A stretch of DNA of 64,000 nucleotides. Source: Thermococcus sp. JdFR-02 (GTDB lineage Archaea; Methanobacteriota_B; Thermococci; Thermococcales; Thermococcaceae). The stretch lies in the NCBI GenBank assembly GCA_002009975.1, contig MTLP01000032.1, positions 32,001 through 96,000 of the forward strand. The letters are read 5' to 3'. The position numbers were made by a program, and so were the translations under genes. Below the pieces are notes generated by a model. The model saw only the letters and a program-made list of their open reading frames with translations. It was not told the DNA's origin and did no database searches. Position 1 is the first letter of the stretch; every line of letters begins with the position of its first letter. Shown piece after piece: positions 21,063 to 31,880 of the stretch.

Positions 21063-21518
21063 ATGCCTAACATGGAAGTTAGAACTCACACCGCTCTTCA
21101 TGTTTTAAAAGGTGCAGTGGTTAAAGTTTTGGGAAATGAGGCTAAATGGACTGCAAGCGTTTATGTTGATGGAAATCATGGAAGATTAACCGTTAAATTT
21201 AATAGAAAGCCAAGTAATGAAGAGATAAAGGAAATAGAAGAACTAACTAATCGGAAAATTAGAGAAAATGTGCCGATTAAGATTTATGACCTTCCAAGAG
21301 AAGAAGCAGAGAAGAGGTTTGGTGAAGACATGTATGACCTTTTCCCAATCCCAGAGAGCATTAGAAATTTAAAAGTCGTTGTTATTGAAGATTGGAACGT
21401 TAACGCATGCAACAAAGAGCATACAGAATTTACTGGTGAAATTGGAGAGATAAAGATTAAAAAAGTGCGCTTTAGAAAAAGCAAGAATCTTTTAGAAATA
21501 AGTTTTGATGTTATTTAA
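21063..21518 (+). CDS. Free-standing alanyl-tRNA editing protein (AlaX-S)
   Basis: HTALHV and NACNKEH zinc motifs, about 150 aa. Confidence 0.9.
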   Translation: MPNMEVRTHTALHVLKGAVVKVLGNEAKWTASVYVDGNHGRLTVKFNRKPSNEEIKEIEELTNRKIRENVPIKIYDLPREEAEKRFGEDMYDLFPIPESIRNLKVVVIEDWNVNACNKEHTEFTGEIGEIKIKKVRFRKSKNLLEISFDVI

Positions 21519-21542
21519 AAATAAAGTTTAAAAGAAGACGAA

Positions 21543-22892
21543 TCATTCTTTCTTTAGCTTTTCACACTTTTCGACAAATTCTTTGAGGATATCGTAGAGC
21601 TTTGGTTGTCCAATTTCTTCGAGTTCGTACCTAACCCTTACGGCTGGTTTGTTGAGCTTGAGGATTCTTCTTAGGTCGATTGGTGTCCCAATTACAACAA
21701 CATCAGCATCAGCCCTGTTTATAGTTTCTTCGAGCTCCTTAATCTGCTTCTCGCCATAGCCCATTGCTGGGAGGATAACCTCTAAGTGTGGGTACTTCTT
21801 GTATGTTTCCTTGATTGAACCAACTGCGTAGGGTCTTGGGTCGATGATTTCCTTAGCTCCGAACTTCTTAGCGGCAACGTAACCAGCACCGTACTTCATG
21901 CCACCGTGTGTAAGTGTTGGGCCATCTTCAACGACAAGAACTCTCTTTCCTTTAATTAGCTCTGGATCATCAACGAAGATTGGTGATGCAGCTTCAATAA
22001 CAATTGCATTTGGATTTGCTTTCTCAATGCTCTCTCTAACCTTTTGGACTCCCTCTGGATAAGCCGTCTCAACCTTGTTTATTATTATAACGTCTGCAGC
22101 CCTAAAGTTTGTTTCACCTGGGTGGTGTGTTAACTCATGTCCTGGCCTGTGTGGATCGGCAACAACGATCCATAGGTCTGGCTCATAGAATGGGAAGTCA
22201 TTATTTCCTCCATCCCACAAGATTATGTCAGCTTCTTTCTCGGCTTCCCTTAAAATCTTCTCATAATCGACACCAGCATAAACAATGTGTCCATGGTCAA
22301 TGTGTGGCTCATACTCTTCCCTCTCTTCAATTGTACATTCGTATTTGTCTAAGTCCTCATATGTGGCAAATCTTTGGACAATTTGCTTTCTTAAGTCACC
22401 GTATGGCATTGGGTGTCTAATTACCGCAACCTTGTATCCTAACTCTTTCAAAATCCTTGCAACCTTTCTTGAGGTTTGGCTCTTTCCAGAACCAGTTCTT
22501 ACAGCTGTAACTGCAACAACAGGCTTTGTTGATTTTAGCATGACACTCTTAGGTCCTAAGAGCCAAAAGTCTGCACCAGCAGCATGTGCTCTTGAAGCCA
22601 AGTGCATAACATGTTCATGAGAAACGTCTGAGTAAGCAAAAACAACTATATCAATGTCGTGCTCCTTAATTATCTTTTCTAAATCATCTTCACTCCAGAT
22701 TGGGATTCCATTTGGATAAAGCTCGCCTGCCAATTCTGGTGGGTAAATTCTACCCTCAATATCGGGAATTTGTGTTGCTGTAAAAGCTACAACTTCATAC
22801 TCTGGGTTGTTTCTAAAGAAGGTATTGAAGTTGTGGAAGTCTCTTCCGGCAGCGCCGAGAATCACAACTCTTCTTTTCTTTTTTTCGGTCAT
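21543..22892 (-). CDS. cDPG-synthetase-like P-loop protein; probable arginine synthetase (ArcE-like)
   Basis: ILGAAGRDFHNFN, AVRTGSGKSQTSR, EEREEYE, WDGGNND, VEDGPTLTHGG. Confidence 0.7.
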   Translation of the reverse strand: MTEKKKRRVVILGAAGRDFHNFNTFFRNNPEYEVVAFTATQIPDIEGRIYPPELAGELYPNGIPIWSEDDLEKIIKEHDIDIVVFAYSDVSHEHVMHLASRAHAAGADFWLLGPKSVMLKSTKPVVAVTAVRTGSGKSQTSRKVARILKELGYKVAVIRHPMPYGDLRKQIVQRFATYEDLDKYECTIEEREEYEPHIDHGHIVYAGVDYEKILREAEKEADIILWDGGNNDFPFYEPDLWIVVADPHRPGHELTHHPGETNFRAADVIIINKVETAYPEGVQKVRESIEKANPNAIVIEAASPIFVDDPELIKGKRVLVVEDGPTLTHGGMKYGAGYVAAKKFGAKEIIDPRPYAVGSIKETYKKYPHLEVILPAMGYGEKQIKELEETINRADADVVVIGTPIDLRRILKLNKPAVRVRYELEEIGQPKLYDILKEFVEKCEKLKKE

Positions 22893-23105
22893 TTAACTCA
22901 CCTCAAAACTATTTAATATGCAGAAAAGTGTATATTTGTAGCACCTTATAACCATTTTTGTTGCTTAATGACAAAATGTGTCAAAAAATCTTTGAAAAAT
23001 ACTAGAAACAACAAAAAGTCTTTCAGAGAATGTATAACAATGTTTGAGTAGCTATGGAAAACTAACCTCCCCTTTGGTAGACTGCCTTATTCTTAAATTT
23101 CCTCT

Positions 23106-23780
23106 TCAGCATTTCTTGAACTTTTCACTAGTTAGCTCTCTAAGAGCATCTGAAGCTATCCATTTGGCACTTTTTGAATCTATCTTTTGAATCTCCTTTG
23201 CTGTTTCAATTGCAGCTTTATTTAGGCTAATATTACGCTTTCCAATTTGCCTCAACGCCCAATTGACGGCTTTTTTAACGTACTTTCTATCATCTTCTGC
23301 CTCTTTCTTTATTATGGACAGGAACTCTAGAAATTCTTCGTCTCCCGCTTTTTTATCATGAACAGCTAAAACTGCCATCAAGACAAATCCAGCCCTCTTA
23401 ACAAACTCTTCCTCTCTCGAACTCCATTCAACTGCCTTTTTATGAGCAAATCGGGTATACACAAAGAGATTATTACAACATTGATCGCATAAATCCCATG
23501 AATTAAAATCTCTAACCCAGTTTTCCATCTGCTCCTCTGTAACCATGTTCGGATCATCAATCATAGAAGCAAGTATGCGCGCCTCATGAATCCCTGAAGA
23601 CCAAAGCTGCTGAGCCAAAGTATGGTCCTTACCTATTTCCTTTGCCAATTTTCTTAAATTGGGAACTGATATTCCATATGCTTTTTCTGTATTAATCCCA
23701 AATCTTTTCATACCTTCTACTGCCTTTTGATTGGACATTACTTCAAGCTTCTTCATAATTTCTCCATATCTCACTAACAT
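23106..23780 (-). CDS. DNA alkylation repair protein (AlkD-like HEAT-repeat glycosylase)
   Basis: GISVPNLRKLAK, NSWDLCD, VKKAVNWALRQIGKR. Confidence 0.88.
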   Translation of the reverse strand: MLVRYGEIMKKLEVMSNQKAVEGMKRFGINTEKAYGISVPNLRKLAKEIGKDHTLAQQLWSSGIHEARILASMIDDPNMVTEEQMENWVRDFNSWDLCDQCCNNLFVYTRFAHKKAVEWSSREEEFVKRAGFVLMAVLAVHDKKAGDEEFLEFLSIIKKEAEDDRKYVKKAVNWALRQIGKRNISLNKAAIETAKEIQKIDSKSAKWIASDALRELTSEKFKKC

Positions 23781-23992
23781 CTCCTCTCTTAACAGCTTCC
23801 ACAAGCCATTATATAATAGTTATTACTGAATCCACTAAATCACAAGTTATATAAGACAAGAAAAAAGAAAAGAATTGAGAAACTCGTTCTTTAAATAAGC
23901 ACACAGGAGATGACTGTTTAAAGAAACTAAAGGATCAAATTTTCACATATCTAAGAAAAGACCGTGATTATACTTCCTTGGAGGTATGAGAG

Positions 23993-24772
23993 GTGAGGAT
24001 TGAGATTAGAGAAGTTGATGAAACTAACATAGATGACATGATTTCAGTGTGCGATCCATCTACCATCAGTGAGGCATACAAAAAAGGAGTTGAGATTAAA
24101 AGAGCATGGCTTCTCGAGATGCTGAGAACGTATGAAGATGTTGGCTTTGTTGCGTATTTTAATGAAAAGCCTGCCGCTCAGCTCTTAACTTACCCTGAAA
24201 AAGCAGATCCAACGAGTTTAAGGAGGGAAAACGTTTTAGTTGTTAACTGTATCTACAATCCACTTTTAGAAGCTCAAAGAAAGGGAATAGCAAGGAGTAT
24301 GGTCGAGAAGCTCATTCAAAAAGCAAGAGGAAAATATGAATTTTTGATCACTCACGCATTTGATACTGGGGAGTTTCTGTCCCAAGCGGACTTCTTTAAG
24401 AAGATGGGCTTCAAAGAGATAACTAAAGAAGACCTTTACTACTCTTTCAGCGGAAGGGAACTTAAAGAACCCTATTCTGGCTTTTGGAAAGAGGGAGGAG
24501 AATATAGGAGGAGTGATGAAGATATCGGCAGAATCATGATATTCTATGAGCCAGTGTGTCCTTTTTCTTATCTCTGGGCATATAGAGCAAAAGAAATAGT
24601 GAAAGAAATCGCTCCTGAATTCAAAATAGAGGTTTTGAATGGATGGGAACATCCAGAAGAGTTTGTGTCCAGAGGACGGAACTGGATGTTGGTGAACGGC
24701 ATTCCAATAAAATCGCTCCCCATAGAAAGAGGGACGTTTAAGGAAGAAATTAAGAATGCGCTGGAAACTTAA
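23993..24772 (+). CDS. GNAT acetyltransferase with YoaP-like C-terminus
   Basis: QRKGIARSM acetyl-CoA motif, CPFS C-terminal motif; GTG start after GGAGG. Confidence 0.7.
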   Translation: MRIEIREVDETNIDDMISVCDPSTISEAYKKGVEIKRAWLLEMLRTYEDVGFVAYFNEKPAAQLLTYPEKADPTSLRRENVLVVNCIYNPLLEAQRKGIARSMVEKLIQKARGKYEFLITHAFDTGEFLSQADFFKKMGFKEITKEDLYYSFSGRELKEPYSGFWKEGGEYRRSDEDIGRIMIFYEPVCPFSYLWAYRAKEIVKEIAPEFKIEVLNGWEHPEEFVSRGRNWMLVNGIPIKSLPIERGTFKEEIKNALET

Positions 24773-24810
24773 AATTATAGGGATAAATGTGAGAAAATTT
24801 GAAAAAGATG

Positions 24811-25980
24811 TCAAAGAGCATCTAGGGGGATTACTTTTCGCAGCTGGGCTTGGATGTCCTTCAGTTTTTCACTAACATCTTCCTTATCCAACTCCTTCCT
24901 CAAACCGTAGAGCTCATAGAAAACTGGCAGTATCTCCTTCTCCTCGATAATGCCAAGAGAAACTGCAGTTTCAATGGCATATATCAAATCAACGAAAGCT
25001 CTTTGAGGTTCTTGGAGGGGTTCAGTGAGAATTTGTTTTATGGATTCTTTCTGCTTTTGTCTTAGCCACTCGTCTTCTCTCTTAAAGAACTCATCAAGCT
25101 CATCTAAATCTTCTCTAGAAATCTTCCATCCGCTTGCTTCGACATTTTCTTCCAGATGTTCTACCGTTGAAGGTCCGGTTAGGGCACATATTACCCCTTC
25201 ATGGGCAAGAACCCAAGCGATGGCAACCTGCACTGGAGTTTTACCATATCTCTCTCCCAACTCCGCAAACTTTTTTGCTATTCTCAAGCCGTGCTGGAAG
25301 CGCTCCCTCTGAAAAAGTGGGTCTAAATAACGTATATCTCCGGGTTCAAACTTTTGATTTTCTTTAAATCTTCCTGTGAGTAAGCCTCTCCCCGTTGTGC
25401 TGAAAGCAATAATTCCCAAATTGTATTTCCGGTAAAGTGGCAAAAGCTTTTCATAAGATTCTCTTGCAACTGCACTAAACTCTGCAAGAGCTGAAAAGGG
25501 CTTTCCAAGCTTGCAGTATTCCTCCGCAACATCTAAAGGCAAGTGACCTACGCCGTAATATCGAATCTTCCCCTCTTCGATAAGATCTTCCAGCGCTTCA
25601 ATGGTTTCCTCTATTGGTGTGGTTGGGTCATGGAAGTGAACTTGGTAGAGGTCGATGTAATCGGTCTGCAGTCTCTTGAGACTTTCTTCGCAGGCGTTTT
25701 TGATGTAGTCTTTGGAGAGGTTTGGCTTTATACCGCTCCTAACTCCAACTTTCGTGGCTATATAAACCTCTTCACGGAAGGATTTTACAATCTCTCCCAA
25801 AATTTGTTCAGCGTTTCCATAGGCTTCCGCAGTGTCAAAGAAGTTAACCCCAAGTTCATAGGCACGGTAAATCATTCTCTTAAACTCTTCAAGATTTTTT
25901 ACTCCATAGACTCCACTTAAAGAATACGTCCCAATCCCTATCTCGGAAATCCGCAAACCCCTATGCTTTTGATATCTCAC
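24811..25980 (-). CDS. Aldo/keto reductase
   Basis: FFDTAEAYG, IATKVG, SLKRLQTDYIDLYQVH. Confidence 0.92.
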   Translation of the reverse strand: MRYQKHRGLRISEIGIGTYSLSGVYGVKNLEEFKRMIYRAYELGVNFFDTAEAYGNAEQILGEIVKSFREEVYIATKVGVRSGIKPNLSKDYIKNACEESLKRLQTDYIDLYQVHFHDPTTPIEETIEALEDLIEEGKIRYYGVGHLPLDVAEEYCKLGKPFSALAEFSAVARESYEKLLPLYRKYNLGIIAFSTTGRGLLTGRFKENQKFEPGDIRYLDPLFQRERFQHGLRIAKKFAELGERYGKTPVQVAIAWVLAHEGVICALTGPSTVEHLEENVEASGWKISREDLDELDEFFKREDEWLRQKQKESIKQILTEPLQEPQRAFVDLIYAIETAVSLGIIEEKEILPVFYELYGLRKELDKEDVSEKLKDIQAQLRKVIPLDAL

Positions 25981-26170
25981 GGATATAACCTCCTACAAGT
26001 TAGATTAAACTTATTTTAAGCTCTGAAAAATGCGTTCTTTTAACGCTTTATGTTCTATTACACTGTATTGTGCCTTTATTTCTGACCTATTTTGCAAAAA
26101 GTATATAAGGGTTTGTCAAAATTATGCTGACTATTTGAAAATAATCACAACTCTGGAGGAAGATTTTAAG

Positions 26171-26926
26171 ATGAACATTATAATACTTGGTTCTGGAGTG
26201 TATAGCGGAACCCCAAGACCTTTATGTGGTTGTGAGAACTGTTCAAGAGCTAGGAAATTTCCTTTATATAGAAGAACGCGCTTTTCAATGTACATTCCCA
26301 GGATTAGAGCGCTAATAGATCCCTCACCAGACTTACATTATCACTTAGAGCATATAAATGAAAAAATCGAGCATGTTTTCGTTACTCATGCTCACTTTGA
26401 CCACATAGGTGGCTTACCTGAACTCCAGATCTTTAAGCACATTAAGCTTTATGGACATACCACGACCCTTGAAGTGGCAAAATACTTGCAAAAGCGTTTT
26501 GTAGGGGAGAGCAAATGGAATTGGAAGTATTTTCCATTAGAATTTAACAAGTGGTACGACTTTAACTTTAAGATTTACCACTTTAAAGTTATTCACCAGC
26601 CAATAGAAGCTGCCGGAGGATTTATAATCCAAATTGAAAACAAAAAGATTGTGATTACCGGTGATACTGGACCAGAAATACTTAATGATAAAAGAACATT
26701 GAAGGAGATTAGAAATGCTGACTTGCTTGTTGCAGATATGACGCATAAACACTCAATTTCAAATGCCCATCTTGGAGTTGATGATGCAATAAAACTCGCT
26801 CAAACGGTTAAAGCAAGGAAGACAGTTTTTGCTCACATAAGTCATACAAATTATACGCATGATGAGCTTGAAGAGAAGACAAAACCCTATCTAGTGGCGA
26901 GAGATTTCATGCACATAAACATTTAA
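26171..26926 (+). CDS. MBL-fold metallo-hydrolase (PhnP-like)
   Basis: ILGSG, CGCENC, THAHFDHIGG, ITGDT, HISH; ATG 26171 after GGAGG. Confidence 0.88.
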   Translation: MNIIILGSGVYSGTPRPLCGCENCSRARKFPLYRRTRFSMYIPRIRALIDPSPDLHYHLEHINEKIEHVFVTHAHFDHIGGLPELQIFKHIKLYGHTTTLEVAKYLQKRFVGESKWNWKYFPLEFNKWYDFNFKIYHFKVIHQPIEAAGGFIIQIENKKIVITGDTGPEILNDKRTLKEIRNADLLVADMTHKHSISNAHLGVDDAIKLAQTVKARKTVFAHISHTNYTHDELEEKTKPYLVARDFMHINI

Positions 26927-26991
26927 TTTCGAAATGCTGTCCTTCATTAACATTATTAAAAAAGATGCCTTAATAATGGTGGTGTTGCATC

Positions 26992-28632
26992 ATGGTGATT
27001 TGTAAAGTTGTTGATATTGATGAGGCAATAAGTAAGATACCAGATAATGCAGTGATAGCGATTTCGGGCTTTAATATGCTCGTAGCTCCCGAATATTTGC
27101 TGCTTAAATTGTTTGAACGCTATGAAAAGACGGGACATCCTCAAAATGTATTCCTCGAAGTAAATCCTATACCTACCGCTCCAAACGGTGTTCTTGATAA
27201 GATTGCAAAGAAGATATATGAAGACTTAGACCAAAAATTCTTGTCCGGAATTTTAGTAACTTATCCCGGCTGGTCACCATACCTACAAAAACTTATCCAA
27301 GAGAATAGAATAGAAGGGTATACATGGTCTATAGGAACAGCTTCATGGTTTTTTAGGGAAGTTGCGAGAGGATTCCCTGGAGTAATAACAAAAGTTGGGA
27401 TGAGGACTTTCCTAGATGGGCGTGAAGATGCTGGCTATTTAAATGAGTTGGCAAGAGAAAAGAAGAGATGTAAAGTCAAGACCATTAAAATTGATGGGGA
27501 AGAGTATTTACTTTACAAAGCCCCAAAACCCAATGTAACCTTCATAAGGGGCACGACAAGCGATGAGATAGGAAACCTAACCACAGAAAGAGAAGGCTCT
27601 TTTACAGATATTTTGAATATGGCTCAAGCGGCTAAATCACAGCCAAATCCTGGCATTGTGATTGCACAAGTAGAAAGAGTAGCTAGATTTGGCTCTTTGC
27701 ATCCCCAAGATGTAAAAGTTCCAGGTCCTTTAATAGACTATGTTGTTATAGCTCCTCCTGAATACCATAAGCAGAGTGCAAACATACAATACGACCCAAG
27801 GATTTCTGGTGAGATAATACCTCCCACAAGCTTAGAATTGCTTTCAAAATCAGAGCTTAACACGAGAAAGGTCATTGCAAGAAGGATACTCTTAGAGATG
27901 GCAAAGCTGATAGAAGAGCTTGGAAGACCGATTCTTGTTAACCTTGGGATTGGAATTCCTTCAGAAGTTGCTGGGGTAGCAAATGAGGAGGGAATACAAG
28001 ATCTAGTGTTTACCACGGTAGAGTCGGGACCTTTTGGTGGGGTTGCCCTTTTAGGTCCAGACTTTGGAGCTTCAATAGGACCTTTTGCAATAATATCGAT
28101 GGCTGATCAGTTTGCTAACTATGAGGGTGGAATTATTGACGTGGCAAGCTTAGGCTTTATGCAAGTAGATGAGCAGGGAAATGTTAATCCCTCTATACTT
28201 CCAGGACGCTTACCGGGACCTGGTGGCTTTCCAGTGATTTCATATGGTTCCCCGAGAGTAATCTTTGCAGGTGGATTCACCGCAGGAAAAAGGGATATTA
28301 GAACAGAAAACGGTAAACTCAACATAGTGAAAGATGGTGACATAGCCAAATTTGTTAAGAAAGTCTATAAGGTAGTTTACAGTGGTCCAGTTGGTTTGGA
28401 GAAGGGACAAGAAGTTATCTATGTAACGGAGAGAGCAGTTTTTAGATTAACGAAAAAAGGGCTTGTTCTTGAAGAATACGCCCCGGGAATTGACATTGAA
28501 AAAGACATATTGAACAAGATGGAGTTTGAGCCAAAAATAAGTTCAAAACTAAGGGAGATGGAGAAAAGGCTTTTCCTACCAAGACCAATGGGTCTAAAAG
28601 AAGAAGTTGAGAGGGCAATTTGTCGAATTTAG
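26992..28632 (+). CDS. Family I CoA-transferase, fused (YdiF / propionate CoA-transferase-like)
   Basis: VNLGIGIP, TVESG catalytic Glu, GNVN, GPGGF, YVTERAVF. Confidence 0.9.
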   Translation: MVICKVVDIDEAISKIPDNAVIAISGFNMLVAPEYLLLKLFERYEKTGHPQNVFLEVNPIPTAPNGVLDKIAKKIYEDLDQKFLSGILVTYPGWSPYLQKLIQENRIEGYTWSIGTASWFFREVARGFPGVITKVGMRTFLDGREDAGYLNELAREKKRCKVKTIKIDGEEYLLYKAPKPNVTFIRGTTSDEIGNLTTEREGSFTDILNMAQAAKSQPNPGIVIAQVERVARFGSLHPQDVKVPGPLIDYVVIAPPEYHKQSANIQYDPRISGEIIPPTSLELLSKSELNTRKVIARRILLEMAKLIEELGRPILVNLGIGIPSEVAGVANEEGIQDLVFTTVESGPFGGVALLGPDFGASIGPFAIISMADQFANYEGGIIDVASLGFMQVDEQGNVNPSILPGRLPGPGGFPVISYGSPRVIFAGGFTAGKRDIRTENGKLNIVKDGDIAKFVKKVYKVVYSGPVGLEKGQEVIYVTERAVFRLTKKGLVLEEYAPGIDIEKDILNKMEFEPKISSKLREMEKRLFLPRPMGLKEEVERAICRI

Positions 28633-29747
28633 TTTAAGCTCTTTATTGCTTTTAGCTCAACTTCGTTTCCTTTCATCTTTATTCTCACTATCATGTCTCC
28701 AACCTTATAATTCCCACCCTCTTTTACACCCTGCATTTCTGCAATTTGGATGAGAGCTTTATAAAATTCTTGAGCATCTGAAGAGGTTTCCCAAAGCGTT
28801 TTCCATATGAGAATCTTATGAGTGCTGTTATTCAATAGGACTACTTTATCTCCCTCCCATCCTTCAGCAACCTCATAAGCATTTTCAACCCCTAATTTGG
28901 TTGCCACTAAAACATAGACATAGAACTCACCAAGTCTATCTTCATGGATCAATTTGTAGTTCTTATCTACGCTTATTTCAACTTTTTTGGGAGCTTCTCC
29001 TTTCAAATATTTCTGTGGATGCATTATCTGTTCTGTCGAGCTTGGGAGATTTTTGTAAGCCTTATTTACGAGCTCCCAACCTCCTTGATCATAGAGGAAT
29101 TTAACAAATTTTTCTCCATAGACATAAGGAAAGCTGCGCAAAGCTATGTGTGGATCATAGAGAGGAAGTTTAGTTGTCTTAAATACTCTTAAATTATGTC
29201 TTTTTGAGTATTCATCGGCAACTAAATCCGCATCTCCTTCGATTAATGCACTTACTGCAAGCCTTTCATCAAAAATTTTTGGGGTTGGAGGGTCAAAATA
29301 CTCCTTTTGAAGCACATGTATAAGTTCGTGAGCGATCACCCTATAGGCTGTATCTCCGCTGTCCTTAAAGTTCTCTTCAATGATGTAAATCTTGTTTCCC
29401 ATTGTAGCGGCAATCCAAGAAGCCCTATATTGCGTTGCAGCCCTTACAATGTCATAATCTTGAGGAACGAGCATTGTTAGTTTGTATATCTCTTCCCAGG
29501 TTTCTAATTCTCGATTTGCCCTTGAAGAAGTTCTTTTAGTTGCCCATTCAATATCAACGACTATAAATTGGGGCTCTCCCTTAAAAGTCAAGTTCCTTAT
29601 CTCAGTGATTTCTTTGACAATTTCCATTGCTTGGGTTAAAATTTCCTCAGAATCACTTCGATGGGGTGTGTAATAGGTGGTTGATGCTAAAACTATCACC
29701 AAAATACTAACGATCACTGCTAAAGTGCTTCGGATTTGGATTTTCAA
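28629..29747 (-). CDS. Membrane-anchored or secreted zincin-like surface protein
   Basis: N-terminal hydrophobic helix, HELIHVLQ, ALIEGDA, FPYVYG, PSSTEQIMHP. Confidence 0.7.
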   Translation of the reverse strand: MKIQIRSTLAVIVSILVIVLASTTYYTPHRSDSEEILTQAMEIVKEITEIRNLTFKGEPQFIVVDIEWATKRTSSRANRELETWEEIYKLTMLVPQDYDIVRAATQYRASWIAATMGNKIYIIEENFKDSGDTAYRVIAHELIHVLQKEYFDPPTPKIFDERLAVSALIEGDADLVADEYSKRHNLRVFKTTKLPLYDPHIALRSFPYVYGEKFVKFLYDQGGWELVNKAYKNLPSSTEQIMHPQKYLKGEAPKKVEISVDKNYKLIHEDRLGEFYVYVLVATKLGVENAYEVAEGWEGDKVVLLNNSTHKILIWKTLWETSSDAQEFYKALIQIAEMQGVKEGGNYKVGDMIVRIKMKGNEVELKAIKSLN

Positions 29748-30719
29748 CTAATCACCCCCTATCTCTTCACAAAGTTTTGAAAAGAGCCTTGCAGTGGTTA
29801 TTAAATCTAATTTGTTGTGCTCGATTATAGGTATCAAAGGTCCCACGTTCTTAGTCTTCAAATAGACCTCATAGAACTCTGGAACTAAAGCACTTGGAAC
29901 GTCATCTTTCCTTTCTATGCCAAATACGTGTCTTTCCAAAGTGACCAGCCTGCAGTTAGGGAGCTTTTCTCTCCATAAGCGCCTTGAAAATAGGAATACA
30001 TCAAAGTTGGGCTTGTTAAGGTCTCCCCTCATTTTATGATAAGCTAATCTTTCTTCAATGTATGGCACATCAAACTTCCGCCCGTTGAATGTTACAAAAG
30101 CACTCTTATCCTTTAAATTGGGCAAAAATGCAGCTAAAAGAGCAGGTTCTTCTTCCAAATTCCTCGCAAAATATTGGTTTATCAATAATTTGTCGTTCAT
30201 AATCTCCGCAACTCCAATCAATATAACAGGCTTTGCATAGAGTCCTAAGGTCTCTATGTCCAAAATCATGAAATCTTCTTTTCTGTGAAAAGCGGATGCA
30301 TACAAAATTAGCGGATGAGATTTTTGAAATCTGCTGCTAATCCACTCAATAATACTATAGATATCGCGTTTATCTAAGAGTTCTAAAAACTTTGAAGCTT
30401 CACGACCAAATCGGGGATGCCTTGTAAGGTCTTCGATCGTTTTGTACCCCTTCTTTTTTAGCTTAGCCTCTGTTGCTTTTCCTATCCCATGGATTAGCTT
30501 TAAGTCTGACAGTATTTCCTCTCTCGCCTTTTTTGGGTCGATTGTTTTTAGGCTTATCCTTTCTTCGCTTCTTATGAGGTAACAAGTACCTTTCTCAGTC
30601 TCAAGCTCCTCTCCAGGAATTACATCTTCTAAGCTTTTCCCTCTATATTCTTTTAACAATCTCCGCTCTAATCTCTGAGCTTCCACATATCCCCAATCGT
30701 AAATGTCCATGTAAATCAT
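29748..30719 (-). CDS. YprB-like RNase H-fold exonuclease with helix-hairpin-helix
   Basis: LIHGIG HhH, LDIETLGL, TFNGRKFD, HNKLD. Confidence 0.85.
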   Translation of the reverse strand: MIYMDIYDWGYVEAQRLERRLLKEYRGKSLEDVIPGEELETEKGTCYLIRSEERISLKTIDPKKAREEILSDLKLIHGIGKATEAKLKKKGYKTIEDLTRHPRFGREASKFLELLDKRDIYSIIEWISSRFQKSHPLILYASAFHRKEDFMILDIETLGLYAKPVILIGVAEIMNDKLLINQYFARNLEEEPALLAAFLPNLKDKSAFVTFNGRKFDVPYIEERLAYHKMRGDLNKPNFDVFLFSRRLWREKLPNCRLVTLERHVFGIERKDDVPSALVPEFYEVYLKTKNVGPLIPIIEHNKLDLITTARLFSKLCEEIGGD

Positions 30720-30926
30720 TATGTTTGTCCTCCTAGAATAGGTGTTTCAAGGTTAATTGTATAAATTGTTTGTTGTTTTGATAGGAAGATTCTTTGGCTT
30801 TGCGAGAAGCACGGAATTGAGGATCCAGTCTTTCGTGAGTTTGAGAACATAGTATGGGTTAATTTAATAAGTATTGGAACATTTGCTGTTTCTTTGCAAA
30901 AATTAGAAAATCTTCAAAGAGCTTGT

Positions 30927-31880
30927 CTACGTCTTTTTCACACTTATCTCCGTGTTAAGGATTTTTGGGATTAATCTCATTAAAAACACTCCCAAGCCAT
31001 CAATAAACCTCCAAAACTCTTTTTCTGGTTCTTTAGCAAACAGGACAAGCTCCTCTTTGAAAGCAATCTTATCTTTCAACCCCTCAAGTTCTCCCACGTT
31101 GTCTCTTATTATTTTTTCCACATTTGGATTATACTTTCCTGTGAACTCAACCTTTTCAAGTATCTCCTGTTCAAAATCCCTGTAATCATAGCCCACCTTT
31201 GAGAGCATGAACACATCATAAAAGTCCCTTGCTTTCTGGAACTTCCTTGTTAAAATTGCCCTTACCTTTTCCGTTAGAATCTCCCTTGGGTCATAAGCGA
31301 AGACCTCAACTGGTGAGTATTCTAGGAGTTCTTCTTCATAAAATGCTCTCTCCTCTGGTGAGAGTGAAGTCTCGCTAAGCAGAGTTCTCGCAGTAACAAT
31401 TTTGGGCTCAAAGAACAGTTTTTCAAAGAATATCACCTCAACCTTAATTATCTCCCCTTTCTCGGTTCTCAATTCAAAGAACACTATTTTGCGATTCTCA
31501 TTCCCCTCAAAATGAAGGAATTCATTGTCAAACTTCTTTCCCAAGTATGGCTCAAAAATTAGGCCTTGCTCTCCCGCTATCCTCTTCAGCAAATTAGCCA
31601 CGTATTTAACTTCCTTAGTTATTAGCTCCCTTCGCTTTGCCCTTGAGAGCCACTCACCTCTGTAGTAATACGTAAAGTCCAAATCGATGCTGAAGCGGTA
31701 GTAGCCGAGATAGCACTTAACTAAGCAAGTGCCACCCTTGAAAAGGTAGTTTTCCTTAAAGTGCTCGTCAGAGTAAAGTCTTCTCAAAATCATGTGAAGG
31801 AGAATGTCTCTCTCAATCAGCTCAAGACTTTTAACGCCTGTCTTCTTTGAGACAAAGGCTACAAGCTCCTTAAGGTTCAT
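30927..31880 (-). CDS. abiEii: AbiEii nucleotidyltransferase toxin (type IV TA)
   Basis: FKGGTCL, YRFSIDLDF, EILTEKVRA, ARDFYD. Confidence 0.9.
   Translation of the reverse strand: MNLKELVAFVSKKTGVKSLELIERDILLHMILRRLYSDEHFKENYLFKGGTCLVKCYLGYYRFSIDLDFTYYYRGEWLSRAKRRELITKEVKYVANLLKRIAGEQGLIFEPYLGKKFDNEFLHFEGNENRKIVFFELRTEKGEIIKVEVIFFEKLFFEPKIVTARTLLSETSLSPEERAFYEEELLEYSPVEVFAYDPREILTEKVRAILTRKFQKARDFYDVFMLSKVGYDYRDFEQEILEKVEFTGKYNPNVEKIIRDNVGELEGLKDKIAFKEELVLFAKEPEKEFWRFIDGLGVFLMRLIPKILNTEISVKKT

Noticed and set aside
23887-23925. 9-bp inverted repeat ttctttaaa / tttaaagaa
   Set aside because: Low complexity; could simply be back-to-back TATA boxes of the divergent alkD/GNAT promoters
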